A stretch of 64,000 nt of DNA. It comes from a virus. Below the pieces are notes generated by a model, which made no database searches, was not told where the DNA came from, and saw only the letters and a program-made list of their open reading frames with translations. The DNA is taken from positions 1-64,000 of IMG/VR virus record IMGVR_UViG_3300045999_006495; one strand, given 5' to 3'. Shown here piece by piece: positions 45,641 to 56,042 of this stretch. Made by a program: the position numbers and the translations under genes. The first letter of the stretch is position 1, and every line of letters starts with the position of its first letter.

Positions 45641-48600
45641 CTATGGTTGGAAAGTAACTCTGAGTCTATCGCCTACCACGACTCTACCCAAAGTAGTAAC
45701 AAAGTTAGTGAGTGCTGTTGTATTATTAACAAGAGCATTAGTGTTGTTGACTGTAGTATTTAACTGTTCTCTAACTAACGGGTCCATGTCCTGAGCTGAG
45801 CTTGGTTCTAGTGTCTTAAGAGAAGTAAAAAGTTCCTCAAATACAGGTCTTAACTCCGGACCAGCAACATCAAGAATTCTTTTTTCACCTAGTTTTACAA
45901 AGTTTTGTTGATTTTTAATGGCTTGGTCAGAAGCCCCCATTGCTATAAGTCTTGCCAGCTGATTTACTTTTGTTCTGTAAACTTCTAACTCTATAACTAA
46001 GTTTTTATTTGCTATTTCGCGTTTAGTGGCGTCATCATCAGCCTTTTTACGGTCTTCTATTGACTTTTTATAGGATCTGTCAATTTCTGCAAGTTTGTCT
46101 TTATAGTCTTGCTCTCTTTTAGCTGTTTCAGTTTTAAAATCGGCTGTTATTTGTTCTTCTTTTCTGCGAGCTTGTTCGACCTCTTCCCTGTCTGCATCTG
46201 CTCTTATAACTCTAAGACCTTCAATTTGTTTAATTCTGTTTTCTGCGTTCAGCTTATCCTGATTAGCCGCATCAATTTTTCTTTGTATTTCAGCTCTATC
46301 ATCAGCATCTTTTGCATTAGCCATGTCTTTATTAAGCTGTGCAATTTCCTCGTCTGATTTTTTTATTTCCTCTTTATTATCGAGTACTTCATTATCGTAC
46401 TTCGCTTGGTTTAGTATCTGCTGAGAACCAGCATCTAAAAGTTCTTGTGCTGCTGTGAAGTTACCCTCACCTCTTAACTTAGTGGCCTCAGCCTCATAAG
46501 CTTTAAACTGGTCAATATAAGAGGCTCTTTGTTCATTAGTTAAGTCCATACCAAAAAGAGATTCATAAAAGTCTGCTTTATTACCTCTTTTAGTTATTTC
46601 GCTTTCCTCTTGAAGTTTTTTCATATCTTCATAATACTGGTCAGCTAATTCTTTCATGTCCTCTTGATAACTTTTTTCTTCATCAGCTAAATCTTCTAGA
46701 TATTTTTTATGTAGGTCAGCTAACTCATCCCCAGTTTTATTTCCATCTTGGCTGATTTGGCTAATTAATCCAATGGCTTGGCCAGCAATATTAAAAGCTT
46801 CCTCTTGATTTTGCGGTCCTGAATTTCTTCCTATCAAGCTGTTGGGATTAAGTTGACTCATTCTAAATGACAACTGGTCTTGGATAGATGTAAGAGGTAG
46901 TATAGATCCCATTGTAAAATTCTGCAATGAGCTATTAAATTCAACTGCTAGGTCAACAATCTGTTGCATACTTAAGTTAAACTTATATGCTTCAGCATTC
47001 ATGGCCTGTAGGGCACTTACTGACTTTTCACCCTCGAGAGTTTGAATAGCTCTGAGTTTGTTTGCTCTACTAATTGCCTCTAGCTGAGCTTGCGTACTAG
47101 CTGTAGCTTGGTCAGATGTATCTACAATACCTAACAATTCAGCTCTCTGAATAGCTAATGCCATTGCAGTCTCATCCCCGCCCTTAGCCAAATCATATTG
47201 TTTTATAACCGCATCTGCCAACAAATCATTATACTGACTTGATAGACCATTGAGAAACTCAACAGCTGATGCTGTTCTTTCTACACCAAAAGTTTGGTCA
47301 TTTGCTAATTTTACAATCTTCCCCAACTCTTCTGCAAATTGAGTGTACGGGTTAGGTAAAGAGGCTGTAAAAGCTTCGTAGGCTGTTGCTTTTACTTCTT
47401 TCTGAGCAAATATTATGTCCGCAAGTATTTGTAGGTATTGGTCAAATTCTTTTTCACGTGTAAGTGGGTCTGTGGCTGTTAAGTAGTCTACTCTTTCTTT
47501 AGCAATAAGAGCGTTGGCCTGACCAGCGGCAGTAGGACCGCCCATTCTTTCTAGGTAGTCTTTATCCTCTCTACTTTGGATGTACTGCCTAAGAGCCGCA
47601 TCCTGAAATCCATATCTTTCTTGATACAGGGCTGTTTGGGCGCGCATGTTAACATTTTGAGCACTTAGAGGGACATCTGCGAAAGACCTACCAACTCTTC
47701 TGAGAGACTGATTTACTGCATCGTTTAACTCAGACTCTAGTTCTCTTCTACCAGCATCAATTTCTAGTCGTTGTCTATTTATGTCTATGTCAGTGGTTCG
47801 ACCACCAAAAGCACCTTGGGCAATATCTGTCTGAGATATTGCTCCGTTGGGTATTCGACCTGCTAGTCTTTCTAGAGTTGTGTTAAACCTAGGCAACTCT
47901 CTGCTCATAGAATCAGCTATAGTTATGATGTTTTGTGTATCTTGGGCGCCGTATTCAGAAAACTCTCTTACTCTATTAGGGGAAGCTATAAAGTCCCAAA
48001 ATCCAGTAGCCTGTGCTGGGTCTTGTTGTCTAGCTGATAAAATGTTTCGTGTGTTTAATCCTAGCTGACTAGCTTGCGTAAACAAGACAAGAAAATCTCT
48101 ATCAGCCTGAGTAAACAAGGGAATTGGTTCTCTACCCTCTTCAAACCTAGTCGCATTAATCTGAGCTACATATTCATTAGTTTTAGTTATAAGTTCATTT
48201 ATAGCTTCTGTTGAGGTATTTACTGATATAGTAAGGTCATCAAAGTAAGTTGACCCGGGTTTTTCTGAGAACTGTAGTTTAAGTGTACTGAACTCTTCAC
48301 TTAGGGAGGCTATGCCTCTAAAGGCCGCATTGAATCTCTCTCTTCGTTGAGTAACCTCACCAAGCTCTGTTGAGAAATTACCTAACCAATCACTAATTGC
48401 TGTAGCATCTGGTAAGAAGTATTCTTGGAGAGCTGTACCAATTAAGGCTGTTGCGTTCTGAAAATTACCTGCAAGTCTATCGTACTCTGCCGCAGTTGAT
48501 TGTGCTCTGGCCTCAAGAACTGCATTAGATATACCTAGGTCAGCCAAAACATCATCAAGTTTTTGAAGTCTCTCTGATTCGTTGGCTACATCTTTAACTG

Positions 48601-51133
48601 AGTTAAGGGTCTTGCGGTCAATTTCAAATCTTCTAGAAAGTGATGTAATATCACCAGCAAAGAATTCCTTAAGTGCAATAGCGGCACCACTGAAGCCCTG
48701 CAAAGGGTCAATGATGGCCAATCTACGGGCCACATTATCAAGTTGTTCTAGGTCTACATTATATCTTCTAGTAATCTGGACTAAGCTAGTAAAACCACTA
48801 AGCTGTTCATTGAGAGATCCACCAAACTTTTGTTGTTGAATGGAGGCAACTCTAACAACATCTGAAAATTTTTCAAAACTACCAGACACAGCAGCTACTG
48901 TCGAGGCTGTTCTTTCAATTTCATTAGCTTGTTCAAGAAACTGTTGTAACTGAGTAGTTGCCACACCAATAGTAGACTGAAGAAATCCCATGACTGCCCC
49001 AAATCTACCAGCAAAGGCAGAGAATCGTTCAAAATAGCCACGCTCATTTTGACCAGCTCTATTGATTTTAGCGTCTCTTCTTGCCGCATCTTCGAAGTAG
49101 TTGGTTACATCTTTCTGAGAAAAACCCATACCAAGAAGAGTGTTTGCGTCTAGATTACCCATACGCATAACTGCATTTGCTTGGGTAACGGGACCAGTGG
49201 CTTGAGTAGGTACTACACCTCTTAAAAACTCTTGCTGTGCTCTAAGAGCTTGAGCATCTGCTAACCTACCCTCAGAAATGGCTAACTCTTCAGCCGCTCT
49301 AAGTTCAGCAAACCTAGTTATGTTGACCTTGTCTACAAGCTCATCGAGAACTCTGTATGATTGAATTAAATCTTGAATTTGTGATATAAGTTGCTGAGTT
49401 ACTACATCTAGTTGGTCATTTGTCAGTGTTGGTGCCGCAGCTTGTACCTGTGCTCTAATATTTTGAGCATTTAACTGACCAAGTGCATTTACTCTACCAG
49501 CTGTAGTTTCTTGGTTGAAGAATCCTGTACCAGAAAGAATATCTCTGTATAAAGTTCTTGACAACAACTGAGGTAAAGGCACTTGCATACCCGGTATTTT
49601 AGAGGCTGGTTGTTGTGATATAAGTGCATCATTGAACCTGTCAATAGCGGCAGCAAATCTATTATCAATTACATTATTTATTTCAGCATCTAATGTATTA
49701 GCGGCTCTTACATAATTGTCTACAGAAGCACTTTGGTTTCTAGTACTTCCTCTTAAAATGTCAGCTAATTTTGGCAGTGTTGAATCAAATGTTTTTATTT
49801 CACTAACAAATCTGTCTGAAGCTAAGTCTGGTTGTCTTGATTTTTTGCTTGGCTGTATTCCTAGCTGAGTCTGAATAAACTTGTCATTAATTCTCTGTAC
49901 TTCATCAGTAACTTTTTGACTGAATGCACTTATAGTTGTTTGTAACTGAGTTTCAACAGCTGATATTGCCGCAGTTAATTGAGGGTCGTTTGTAGCGGCC
50001 GCAGCAGACTTCAGCGCAGCTAGTTGGTTGTTTATGTTTTGTATTCTGGTTCTGACCGAAGCTTCAGCCGCATTTAATTGCTTAGCAAGCTCCAGCGGGT
50101 CAGCATCCTTTTTGCCAGCTAATCTATTTACCTCTGCAAAATCAGCTCTTCTAATAGTAAGGTCTCTGCCAGCTGTTCTTTGAAGACCCGTCTGAGCGCT
50201 ATTAAGTAATTGCTGTCTTAGAGAACCAGCTACGGTTTGGTCTACTAACCCTGATTTAGGTGTAATACCGCTAGGTAATAATTTCTGAAATACCTGTTGG
50301 TAGGCCGCCGCATAGTTACCAGCATTTGCTTTTACAGACTCTTTAAACAGTTGTTCAGCATTTCTTTGCGCTGTGCCCAGCTCTCTATTAGCTGCCTTAG
50401 CTAGACCAGCAATACCTACTTGGAATGATTCTGGGGTTATTCTATTCTTTAATAGGTTTTCTTCGTACTGCTCTAGTGATTTTCTAATGCTTTCATTGTT
50501 CTGACCAACACCTCTAATAAACTGCGTGACAGTTTCTAAGTAGGTACTTGCTGGTGCAAAACCCTTAGTTCTGAGCTGGGTGGCAAAAGACTCAATATCA
50601 GACCTAGCCTTGTCTGTGGCTTTATTTGCCTTAACTACTCTACCCGGAACTTGGCTAGCCCTGACATCGTCTGCTAATCTTTCAGCTTCTTCTATTTGAG
50701 CCGGTAGTAGCTTTTTGTCTTTTGACCGTGACTTTTTAGCTCGTAAATACCTAGCAACTTCACCATAAAAACTAGCTAATTCATCTAGAGGTTTTGCTCC
50801 CTCAGCAGTTACAAAAGAAGCACCACTCTCAAGCTTTTTCAGCAGTTCTGTTCTATTAAACTGCCTTGCATACTTCTTGAGTAACCCAGTAGGGCCAATT
50901 TGTGCATCAATAAAGCTTTGTAGGTCTTGGTCAGTTGAGATAGTTCTAGGTTTTGTCGCCCTATTTCTGGACTGAACTACTGTAGTTGGTGGCGATTGTA
51001 GATTTCTACCCGAAGCAGTAGCGGTTACCTCAGATTGTCTATTTATTTCTGCAAATAATTGCTTCATGTCAGCTTTTACTTGGGGTATACCAGTAGTGCT
51101 AACTTGAATTGGTATGTTGATTACACTGGACAC
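45641..51133 (-). CDS. Tape measure protein, 1830 aa
   Basis: Very long helical A/Q/L-rich ORF after the tail chaperones. Confidence 0.88.
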   Translation of the reverse strand: MSSVINIPIQVSTTGIPQVKADMKQLFAEINRQSEVTATASGRNLQSPPTTVVQSRNRATKPRTISTDQDLQSFIDAQIGPTGLLKKYARQFNRTELLKKLESGASFVTAEGAKPLDELASFYGEVARYLRAKKSRSKDKKLLPAQIEEAERLADDVRASQVPGRVVKANKATDKARSDIESFATQLRTKGFAPASTYLETVTQFIRGVGQNNESIRKSLEQYEENLLKNRITPESFQVGIAGLAKAANRELGTAQRNAEQLFKESVKANAGNYAAAYQQVFQKLLPSGITPKSGLVDQTVAGSLRQQLLNSAQTGLQRTAGRDLTIRRADFAEVNRLAGKKDADPLELAKQLNAAEASVRTRIQNINNQLAALKSAAAATNDPQLTAAISAVETQLQTTISAFSQKVTDEVQRINDKFIQTQLGIQPSKKSRQPDLASDRFVSEIKTFDSTLPKLADILRGSTRNQSASVDNYVRAANTLDAEINNVIDNRFAAAIDRFNDALISQQPASKIPGMQVPLPQLLSRTLYRDILSGTGFFNQETTAGRVNALGQLNAQNIRAQVQAAAPTLTNDQLDVVTQQLISQIQDLIQSYRVLDELVDKVNITRFAELRAAEELAISEGRLADAQALRAQQEFLRGVVPTQATGPVTQANAVMRMGNLDANTLLGMGFSQKDVTNYFEDAARRDAKINRAGQNERGYFERFSAFAGRFGAVMGFLQSTIGVATTQLQQFLEQANEIERTASTVAAVSGSFEKFSDVVRVASIQQQKFGGSLNEQLSGFTSLVQITRRYNVDLEQLDNVARRLAIIDPLQGFSGAAIALKEFFAGDITSLSRRFEIDRKTLNSVKDVANESERLQKLDDVLADLGISNAVLEARAQSTAAEYDRLAGNFQNATALIGTALQEYFLPDATAISDWLGNFSTELGEVTQRRERFNAAFRGIASLSEEFSTLKLQFSEKPGSTYFDDLTISVNTSTEAINELITKTNEYVAQINATRFEEGREPIPLFTQADRDFLVLFTQASQLGLNTRNILSARQQDPAQATGFWDFIASPNRVREFSEYGAQDTQNIITIADSMSRELPRFNTTLERLAGRIPNGAISQTDIAQGAFGGRTTDIDINRQRLEIDAGRRELESELNDAVNQSLRRVGRSFADVPLSAQNVNMRAQTALYQERYGFQDAALRQYIQSREDKDYLERMGGPTAAGQANALIAKERVDYLTATDPLTREKEFDQYLQILADIIFAQKEVKATAYEAFTASLPNPYTQFAEELGKIVKLANDQTFGVERTASAVEFLNGLSSQYNDLLADAVIKQYDLAKGGDETAMALAIQRAELLGIVDTSDQATASTQAQLEAISRANKLRAIQTLEGEKSVSALQAMNAEAYKFNLSMQQIVDLAVEFNSSLQNFTMGSILPLTSIQDQLSFRMSQLNPNSLIGRNSGPQNQEEAFNIAGQAIGLISQISQDGNKTGDELADLHKKYLEDLADEEKSYQEDMKELADQYYEDMKKLQEESEITKRGNKADFYESLFGMDLTNEQRASYIDQFKAYEAEATKLRGEGNFTAAQELLDAGSQQILNQAKYDNEVLDNKEEIKKSDEEIAQLNKDMANAKDADDRAEIQRKIDAANQDKLNAENRIKQIEGLRVIRADADREEVEQARRKEEQITADFKTETAKREQDYKDKLAEIDRSYKKSIEDRKKADDDATKREIANKNLVIELEVYRTKVNQLARLIAMGASDQAIKNQQNFVKLGEKRILDVAGPELRPVFEELFTSLKTLEPSSAQDMDPLVREQLNTTVNNTNALVNNTTALTNFVTTLGRVVVGDRLRVTFQP

Positions 51134-51134
51134 A

Positions 51135-51512
51135 CTATTGCTCCATTAAGAGACTTCTAACTATTGCCTCTTCTGCCTGTATTTCTTCCTTTTCTTTTTG
51201 AGCGATTTCTTCTTTTCTTCTGGCTATGTCGCCTAGTTTATCTTTTGTTAAAACTCTAAACAGTATGTCAAAGTCTAGGGCTGTTGCATTTCTCATAGAC
51301 TTTACATGAAGTAGGTTTAATTTATCTGTAGGTATTAGAAAAGAACACCAGTGGGCTGTCTCCTCTAATACAATATTAGCAATTTCTATTGTGTGATGAA
51401 TACCTACATAATCACTCAGGCTTAGGTAAGTCTCTAAAGTCCTGTAGTGTCTTGATGTACTCATCGAAAGTTCTCTTGTTAATTCTTCCAAGTTTCCAAA
51501 TGTGTTCTGCAA
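51135..51512 (-). CDS. Tail assembly chaperone extension (gpT-like), probably frameshift-accessed
   Basis: Overlaps the upstream chaperone in the +1 frame; no clear RBS. Confidence 0.5.
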   Translation of the reverse strand: MQNTFGNLEELTRELSMSTSRHYRTLETYLSLSDYVGIHHTIEIANIVLEETAHWCSFLIPTDKLNLLHVKSMRNATALDFDILFRVLTKDKLGDIARRKEEIAQKEKEEIQAEEAIVRSLLMEQ

Positions 51513-51807
51513 GTTCTTTCACCGTTTCACCGTGAGCATCCAAAAGTCTTTTAGCCTGAGCTGAGTTAAACTTTGGGCGAACGATGCCCTCTATAAGTGT
51601 ATTGAGTACAAACTCACTGTTGTCAATAACCCCCTCTTTTTGAGAGAGCTTGTTAATCTTTTCCATCTGAGCAAATGACAGTGCTCTAATTCTAAGTCTC
51701 TTGTTCATACCTTGAAGCTGGACATCAATTTCAATTGTCTGGTCGTCTTGGAGAAAGTCGTCAACATCCTCGTAATAGTCACCAGTTCCCGTTAAAAAGT
51801 CAATCAT
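51412..51807 (-). CDS. Tail assembly chaperone (gpG-like)
   Basis: Between tail tube and tape measure; IRALS...G..PK pattern; AAGGAG RBS. Confidence 0.7.
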   Translation of the reverse strand: MIDFLTGTGDYYEDVDDFLQDDQTIEIDVQLQGMNKRLRIRALSFAQMEKINKLSQKEGVIDNSEFVLNTLIEGIVRPKFNSAQAKRLLDAHGETVKELAEHIWKLGRINKRTFDEYIKTLQDFRDLPKPE

Positions 51808-51822
51808 AAATTCTCCTTAAGT

Positions 51823-51852
51823 AAAAATACCCCCCATGTTAGACATGGGGGG
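51823..51852 (-). terminator. Terminator after the tail tube gene
   Basis: CCCCCCATG stem, short loop, CATGGGGGG, then TATTTTT on the minus strand. Confidence 0.7.
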
Positions 51853-51865
51853 AGTTGTTTGTTTA

Positions 51866-52309
51866 TTAGGGCTCGTTGTTTGAATTCTCAGTTGTACTTG
51901 CATACAGACTGAAACCACCGTTATCAGTGAAATCAAAGCTCATAGTAACTGCGTCGGCAGCACTGTTTGTTACATTGTAACCCGTAATAATTCCCGAGGG
52001 AACTTCCCATGTGTAGCCACCCTTAGAGATAAGCCTGAGACCAACATCAAGGCCACTGTTAGCGGCATTAATGAGTGAAGTATGAACATCTGTTCTGTTG
52101 ATTGGCAGAGTCACATCAAAGCTACCAGTAATTCTCTTAGTGGTAGTGAACGTATAGAGTTTGCCTCCGTCGTTCAAGAACGGACCTTGGTCAACCTGAG
52201 TGGTGTTGAGCGTAGCTTGCCATTGAGAAATGAACCTAGCATTAACATACTCGTTACTGCCAGAGGCCTTAATCTTAAGCCAACCGTCAAGACCTTTAAT
52301 AATGGTCAT
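51866..52309 (-). CDS. Major tail tube protein
   Basis: IKGLDG N-terminus, W..T, GSF, G.IT..., F.F..G tube pattern; highly expressed codon style. Confidence 0.7.
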   Translation of the reverse strand: MTIIKGLDGWLKIKASGSNEYVNARFISQWQATLNTTQVDQGPFLNDGGKLYTFTTTKRITGSFDVTLPINRTDVHTSLINAANSGLDVGLRLISKGGYTWEVPSGIITGYNVTNSAADAVTMSFDFTDNGGFSLYASTTENSNNEP

Positions 52310-52323
52310 TTTTGTGTTTTCTC

Positions 52324-52755
52324 CTAATAGTCATTTGGAAATATATAAGCTTCCATTGTAACAGCGGCTGTATAAATGTAACCATCTGTTAACCGCTCTA
52401 CAGGAAAACTTGGAACTTCGTAAACACAGTAGCGTACACTGTGGGGTACTGCAACTCCGCTAACTGTTATTGTTTTTGTGGTAGATATTTCAGAAATTAA
52501 CTCCGAAAGTTTATCCTGCGCCTCTGTAAATGTAGGTGCTAAAGAACGAAATGTGATTAGGCCCTCCCAGTAGCTGTCATTTAACATCAGTGTTGCATAC
52601 GATTGGTTGACTACTGGTTGATAAACTAATAGAGGAAATGTAGAATTAGCAGGTGCGACCTGATAGTAAACACGCCCACTATACACAGGCATAACACCGC
52701 TCAAAGAGCGAGAAATAAACTTCCAAATGTTTGCATAGAGCAGTGGGTCATACAT
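52324..52755 (-). CDS. Tail terminator/completion protein
   Basis: GRVYY..AP....P..VY motif and position. Confidence 0.65.
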   Translation of the reverse strand: MYDPLLYANIWKFISRSLSGVMPVYSGRVYYQVAPANSTFPLLVYQPVVNQSYATLMLNDSYWEGLITFRSLAPTFTEAQDKLSELISEISTTKTITVSGVAVPHSVRYCVYEVPSFPVERLTDGYIYTAAVTMEAYIFPNDY

Positions 52756-52758
52756 TAA

Positions 52759-53601
52759 CTAGGTGTCTCTCCTGTTTCTATTTTTATTTTTAATGGTATT
52801 TAATCTTTTTTCAGAACCTCTTAATACAGCAGACCTATCAAACCTTACATTTTTGTCAAACCTGCTTTCAGATATAATAAGATTTAAAGGTACTTTAGTC
52901 ACATTTGAGTTTAAGTTAGATGTATATTTGCTGACAAAGCCCTGCTCGGGTAATTTAACTCTGTTAAATACATAGTTGGGAACTCTCCCCCTATTGCCTT
53001 TGGCAAAAGCTAATGTAAACATTCTAACCATTTGATTAAATCTGGTTTGGATATTTTTTCTATAATCTTTAACATCTTGTGGTGAGGGTTTCTTTCCCAT
53101 TGTTGGTTTATCAGTCAACAAAGACTCACCTGCCATAAAAGCACCAACTCTTAAATAACCTAAGCCTTTAATTCTGCCAGCTGGATGCCCAGCATACTGA
53201 CTTTTTCTTTTAGGGTTTGGTTTGTAAGGGACTCTCCACCTAGATACTGTATCGTCCCATTTGAGTATACTTGCCCCCTTTTTCATATCTTTAGGATAAC
53301 CAAACTCCTGAACAATAGCCTTAACGGGTAGTTCAGAATTTACGCGTGTATCAATACTTACTTCACCCAGATTCTCACTTACATCTGTCTCAATATCATT
53401 TTTAAGTCTACCGTGCTCACCACCTAAATCACCGTAGTTATAAGGGGCTATGCTTTGTACATAGCCTTGTGTTCTTTTTCCGAGCATTTTAGCTATGTTG
53501 TTAATACCTTTTTGATACTCATCGAAAAATTTAAGTGAGTTAGTAGGGTCAGCTTTTCTGATAGCTATTCTAACTACATCTGGTAGCCTAACTCTAGCCA
53601 T
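52759..53601 (-). CDS. HK97 gp10-like neck protein
   Basis: AP...G.L...I...QEFG motif; basic. Confidence 0.55.
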   Translation of the reverse strand: MARVRLPDVVRIAIRKADPTNSLKFFDEYQKGINNIAKMLGKRTQGYVQSIAPYNYGDLGGEHGRLKNDIETDVSENLGEVSIDTRVNSELPVKAIVQEFGYPKDMKKGASILKWDDTVSRWRVPYKPNPKRKSQYAGHPAGRIKGLGYLRVGAFMAGESLLTDKPTMGKKPSPQDVKDYRKNIQTRFNQMVRMFTLAFAKGNRGRVPNYVFNRVKLPEQGFVSKYTSNLNSNVTKVPLNLIISESRFDKNVRFDRSAVLRGSEKRLNTIKNKNRNRRDT

Positions 53602-53981
53602 TAGTCTAACTCCTCTACAAAGATAATTTGAGCACCCATCAACTCATGCCTGACTGGTACATATTTAATATCAAATGCTTTACCATTGTAGATAATCCTA
53701 TCTCTAAGAGAGACTTGTAAATCATAAGGTATTTGAATTCTGTAAAGTTGTCTTGTACTAGATTGCTGTAGTGCGCGAAATTGAGCAGCGGCTGAGCTTG
53801 TTACATCACCAGACCTATTAATTATTCTACAGATAATATTCTCTGGGGGTGCGTATTGTTGGATAATACCGCCATCTTCTGTAGTAGTTCCTAAAAATCT
53901 AAGTAGTTGTGCTTGGCTTTTTAAAAACTCCTCTGCTTTTTGTCTAATAAGTAAAACATCATCAAGATTAACTATTGTCAT
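53601..53981 (-). CDS. Head closure/stopper protein
   Basis: DGG...., DRI..nG..FDI..V pattern. Confidence 0.65.
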   Translation of the reverse strand: MTIVNLDDVLLIRQKAEEFLKSQAQLLRFLGTTTEDGGIIQQYAPPENIICRIINRSGDVTSSAAAQFRALQQSSTRQLYRIQIPYDLQVSLRDRIIYNGKAFDIKYVPVRHELMGAQIIFVEELD

Positions 53982-54474
53982 TTAGTTCTTTAATGCGGGC
54001 TTCGAGTACATGAACTCGCTTTACTGACTTACCCATATCAATCGCAAATTGCTTAAGTCGGGTCAGTGTAAGTGAACTTGATAGTTTATTAATTTCAGAA
54101 GCGAAGTCCTCATTACTCCTAATAGAGAGAATTTTAGAAAGTTCATCGTCACTCATTGTGTTAGTTTCATCAACAGTGCTACCTGAACCTGTGTATACTT
54201 TAAGGAGTCCACGCTCAATAAGTTTCTTGTTAAGTCTTACAAAGGCATCAGCTTCATACTGAGAATACAGCTCAATTACTTCATCTTCGTAAACAAAGGT
54301 TTTTTGCTTAGTTTTCTCATCGTAGTTGGAAGCATCAGTCATCAGCAACCAACTGATAGTATTCTTCTGGTCATAAGGATCAATGCGAACACCAGCTACT
54401 AAGTGAACTGGTACTTTAGCATATCTCTTAACAACCTTATCTGACAGCTCGTAGTAAATATTTTGTTTTGACAT
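53968..54474 (-). CDS. Hypothetical protein downstream of the capsid gene
   Basis: GAGG RBS; position. Confidence 0.7.
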   Translation of the reverse strand: MSKQNIYYELSDKVVKRYAKVPVHLVAGVRIDPYDQKNTISWLLMTDASNYDEKTKQKTFVYEDEVIELYSQYEADAFVRLNKKLIERGLLKVYTGSGSTVDETNTMSDDELSKILSIRSNEDFASEINKLSSSLTLTRLKQFAIDMGKSVKRVHVLEARIKELNDNS

Positions 54475-54521
54475 AAACCTCTAAGGGGGAATTTCTTCCC
54501 CCGTCCTTTCTATATAGAAAA

Positions 54522-55493
54522 TTAAATAAGTTTGATAACACCCAAATTCTCAGCGGCATCAACAACCATACCATACTGCATCCAAGCATTGAGAACATAG
54601 TCAGCAGGTTGAATGGTCATGTCAGTGTAGTCCTGATACTCAACACCACCGTACATCATAATCTCACCGGCATTGGCACCAACAACAAGAATCTTGTCAT
54701 CAGGAATCAATCTCTGGCGCATGTTTGGAAGTTGGTTGTTGAATACCTGAGGTAACTCAACCAAAGTGATACCCTTGTAGGCTGACACTCTGTTGGTGTT
54801 GAGGTACTCAAGCAACTTAGGAGTAATTGGATAGGCGATGTTGTTAATCGTGTTATCCATATAGGCATACTCACGCCAACCAGCAAACTGGTAGATAGGC
54901 ATAAGGGCTCTACGGGTACCAATAATTGCTCTGACCTGACCAGCATAATCAAGAACATTCTCAATCATGGTGTCCAAAGTCGTGTAAGTAAGTGACGAGG
55001 TCTCAACATAGTTGAGAGGGGTGTCAGTCGTATTCCAGACTGACGAAAGCAAGTTGAACACCTTGGTAACCAAGTTGTCAGTGAGATCCCACTGCATCTG
55101 CTGGCGCATACGCTCAACACTAGTAAGGTCACCATTTCTAAGATTCCAAGTTGACTCACGAGCACCCGCAATCAGCCTATCGAACATGTAGGTGTGAAAA
55201 TCCTGCACGTCCGTGGGCTGCGAAACCAAATGGTTGGTACCGGGCACCATTGACTGTACACCATATCGACCACGTCTTACTCTCTTGATAATAGTATCGC
55301 CAAGCGTAGCCTGTCTTACTGGCATGAAAGTGCTGAAGAGGTCAAGTGACAAGTGATTTGGCTCAACCATCTGAATGATAATCTCAGCAAAAGCTGACTT
55401 ACCATTTGGGCCTTGGCCCGCAGTCTTTGCGGCCTCAGCTACAGCACGCATTAATTCTTGATTTTGTTCCATTACTTTTAAATATTTCTCCAA
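54522..55493 (-). CDS. Major capsid protein (probable)
   Basis: 323 aa, follows protease/scaffold and decoration genes, followed by a hairpin; HK97-like C-terminal strands. Confidence 0.7.
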   Translation of the reverse strand: MEKYLKVMEQNQELMRAVAEAAKTAGQGPNGKSAFAEIIIQMVEPNHLSLDLFSTFMPVRQATLGDTIIKRVRRGRYGVQSMVPGTNHLVSQPTDVQDFHTYMFDRLIAGARESTWNLRNGDLTSVERMRQQMQWDLTDNLVTKVFNLLSSVWNTTDTPLNYVETSSLTYTTLDTMIENVLDYAGQVRAIIGTRRALMPIYQFAGWREYAYMDNTINNIAYPITPKLLEYLNTNRVSAYKGITLVELPQVFNNQLPNMRQRLIPDDKILVVGANAGEIMMYGGVEYQDYTDMTIQPADYVLNAWMQYGMVVDAAENLGVIKLI

Positions 55494-56021
55494 TTAGTAA
55501 AGAATGATATAGAGGGTCTCGGTCATGGCATCGTATCTGTCAATCTCACCAACAGCATTAGCTGAGGCAGTATACTCAAACAAGCCACTTGCGGCAACCT
55601 TAATCTTGTTTCCGGGAATCTTAATGTTTGCACTGTCAACAAAACAGCCGGTTGTAATACCAATCTTGCCCCAGTGAAGAGCAATCAACTCACCGCTGTA
55701 GGCTGATGGCTCTTTCCACTGTGAGCGTGGAACAAGGTACTGAGTTTGTGTGAGAGTTGGGTCACCGTAGATATTGGCATTGTTGATGTTGTAGGTCTGC
55801 AAGAAAGGAGCAGTGTACATATCAGCAATAGTCGGACGTGGGAAGTTATCCGGGGGAAAAAACGCAACATAAACACCTTGGGTGGTGTTGGCCGAGGCGT
55901 AGGTAACATTTGGGAGGTCATATCGAACACCCGAGGCACCTACAACCACAGCACGGCCCTCTACAATAGTAGCAGCCGCTACGCCCTGTCTTGAGCGCAT
56001 TGAAGTAACAAGTACAGCCAT
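55494..56021 (-). CDS. Capsid decoration/cement-like protein, paralog 1
   Basis: EGRAV motif; directly before the capsid gene. Confidence 0.55.
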   Translation of the reverse strand: MAVLVTSMRSRQGVAAATIVEGRAVVVGASGVRYDLPNVTYASANTTQGVYVAFFPPDNFPRPTIADMYTAPFLQTYNINNANIYGDPTLTQTQYLVPRSQWKEPSAYSGELIALHWGKIGITTGCFVDSANIKIPGNKIKVAASGLFEYTASANAVGEIDRYDAMTETLYIILY

Positions 56022-56042
56022 TTTTTATTTTTACCTCTGTTA

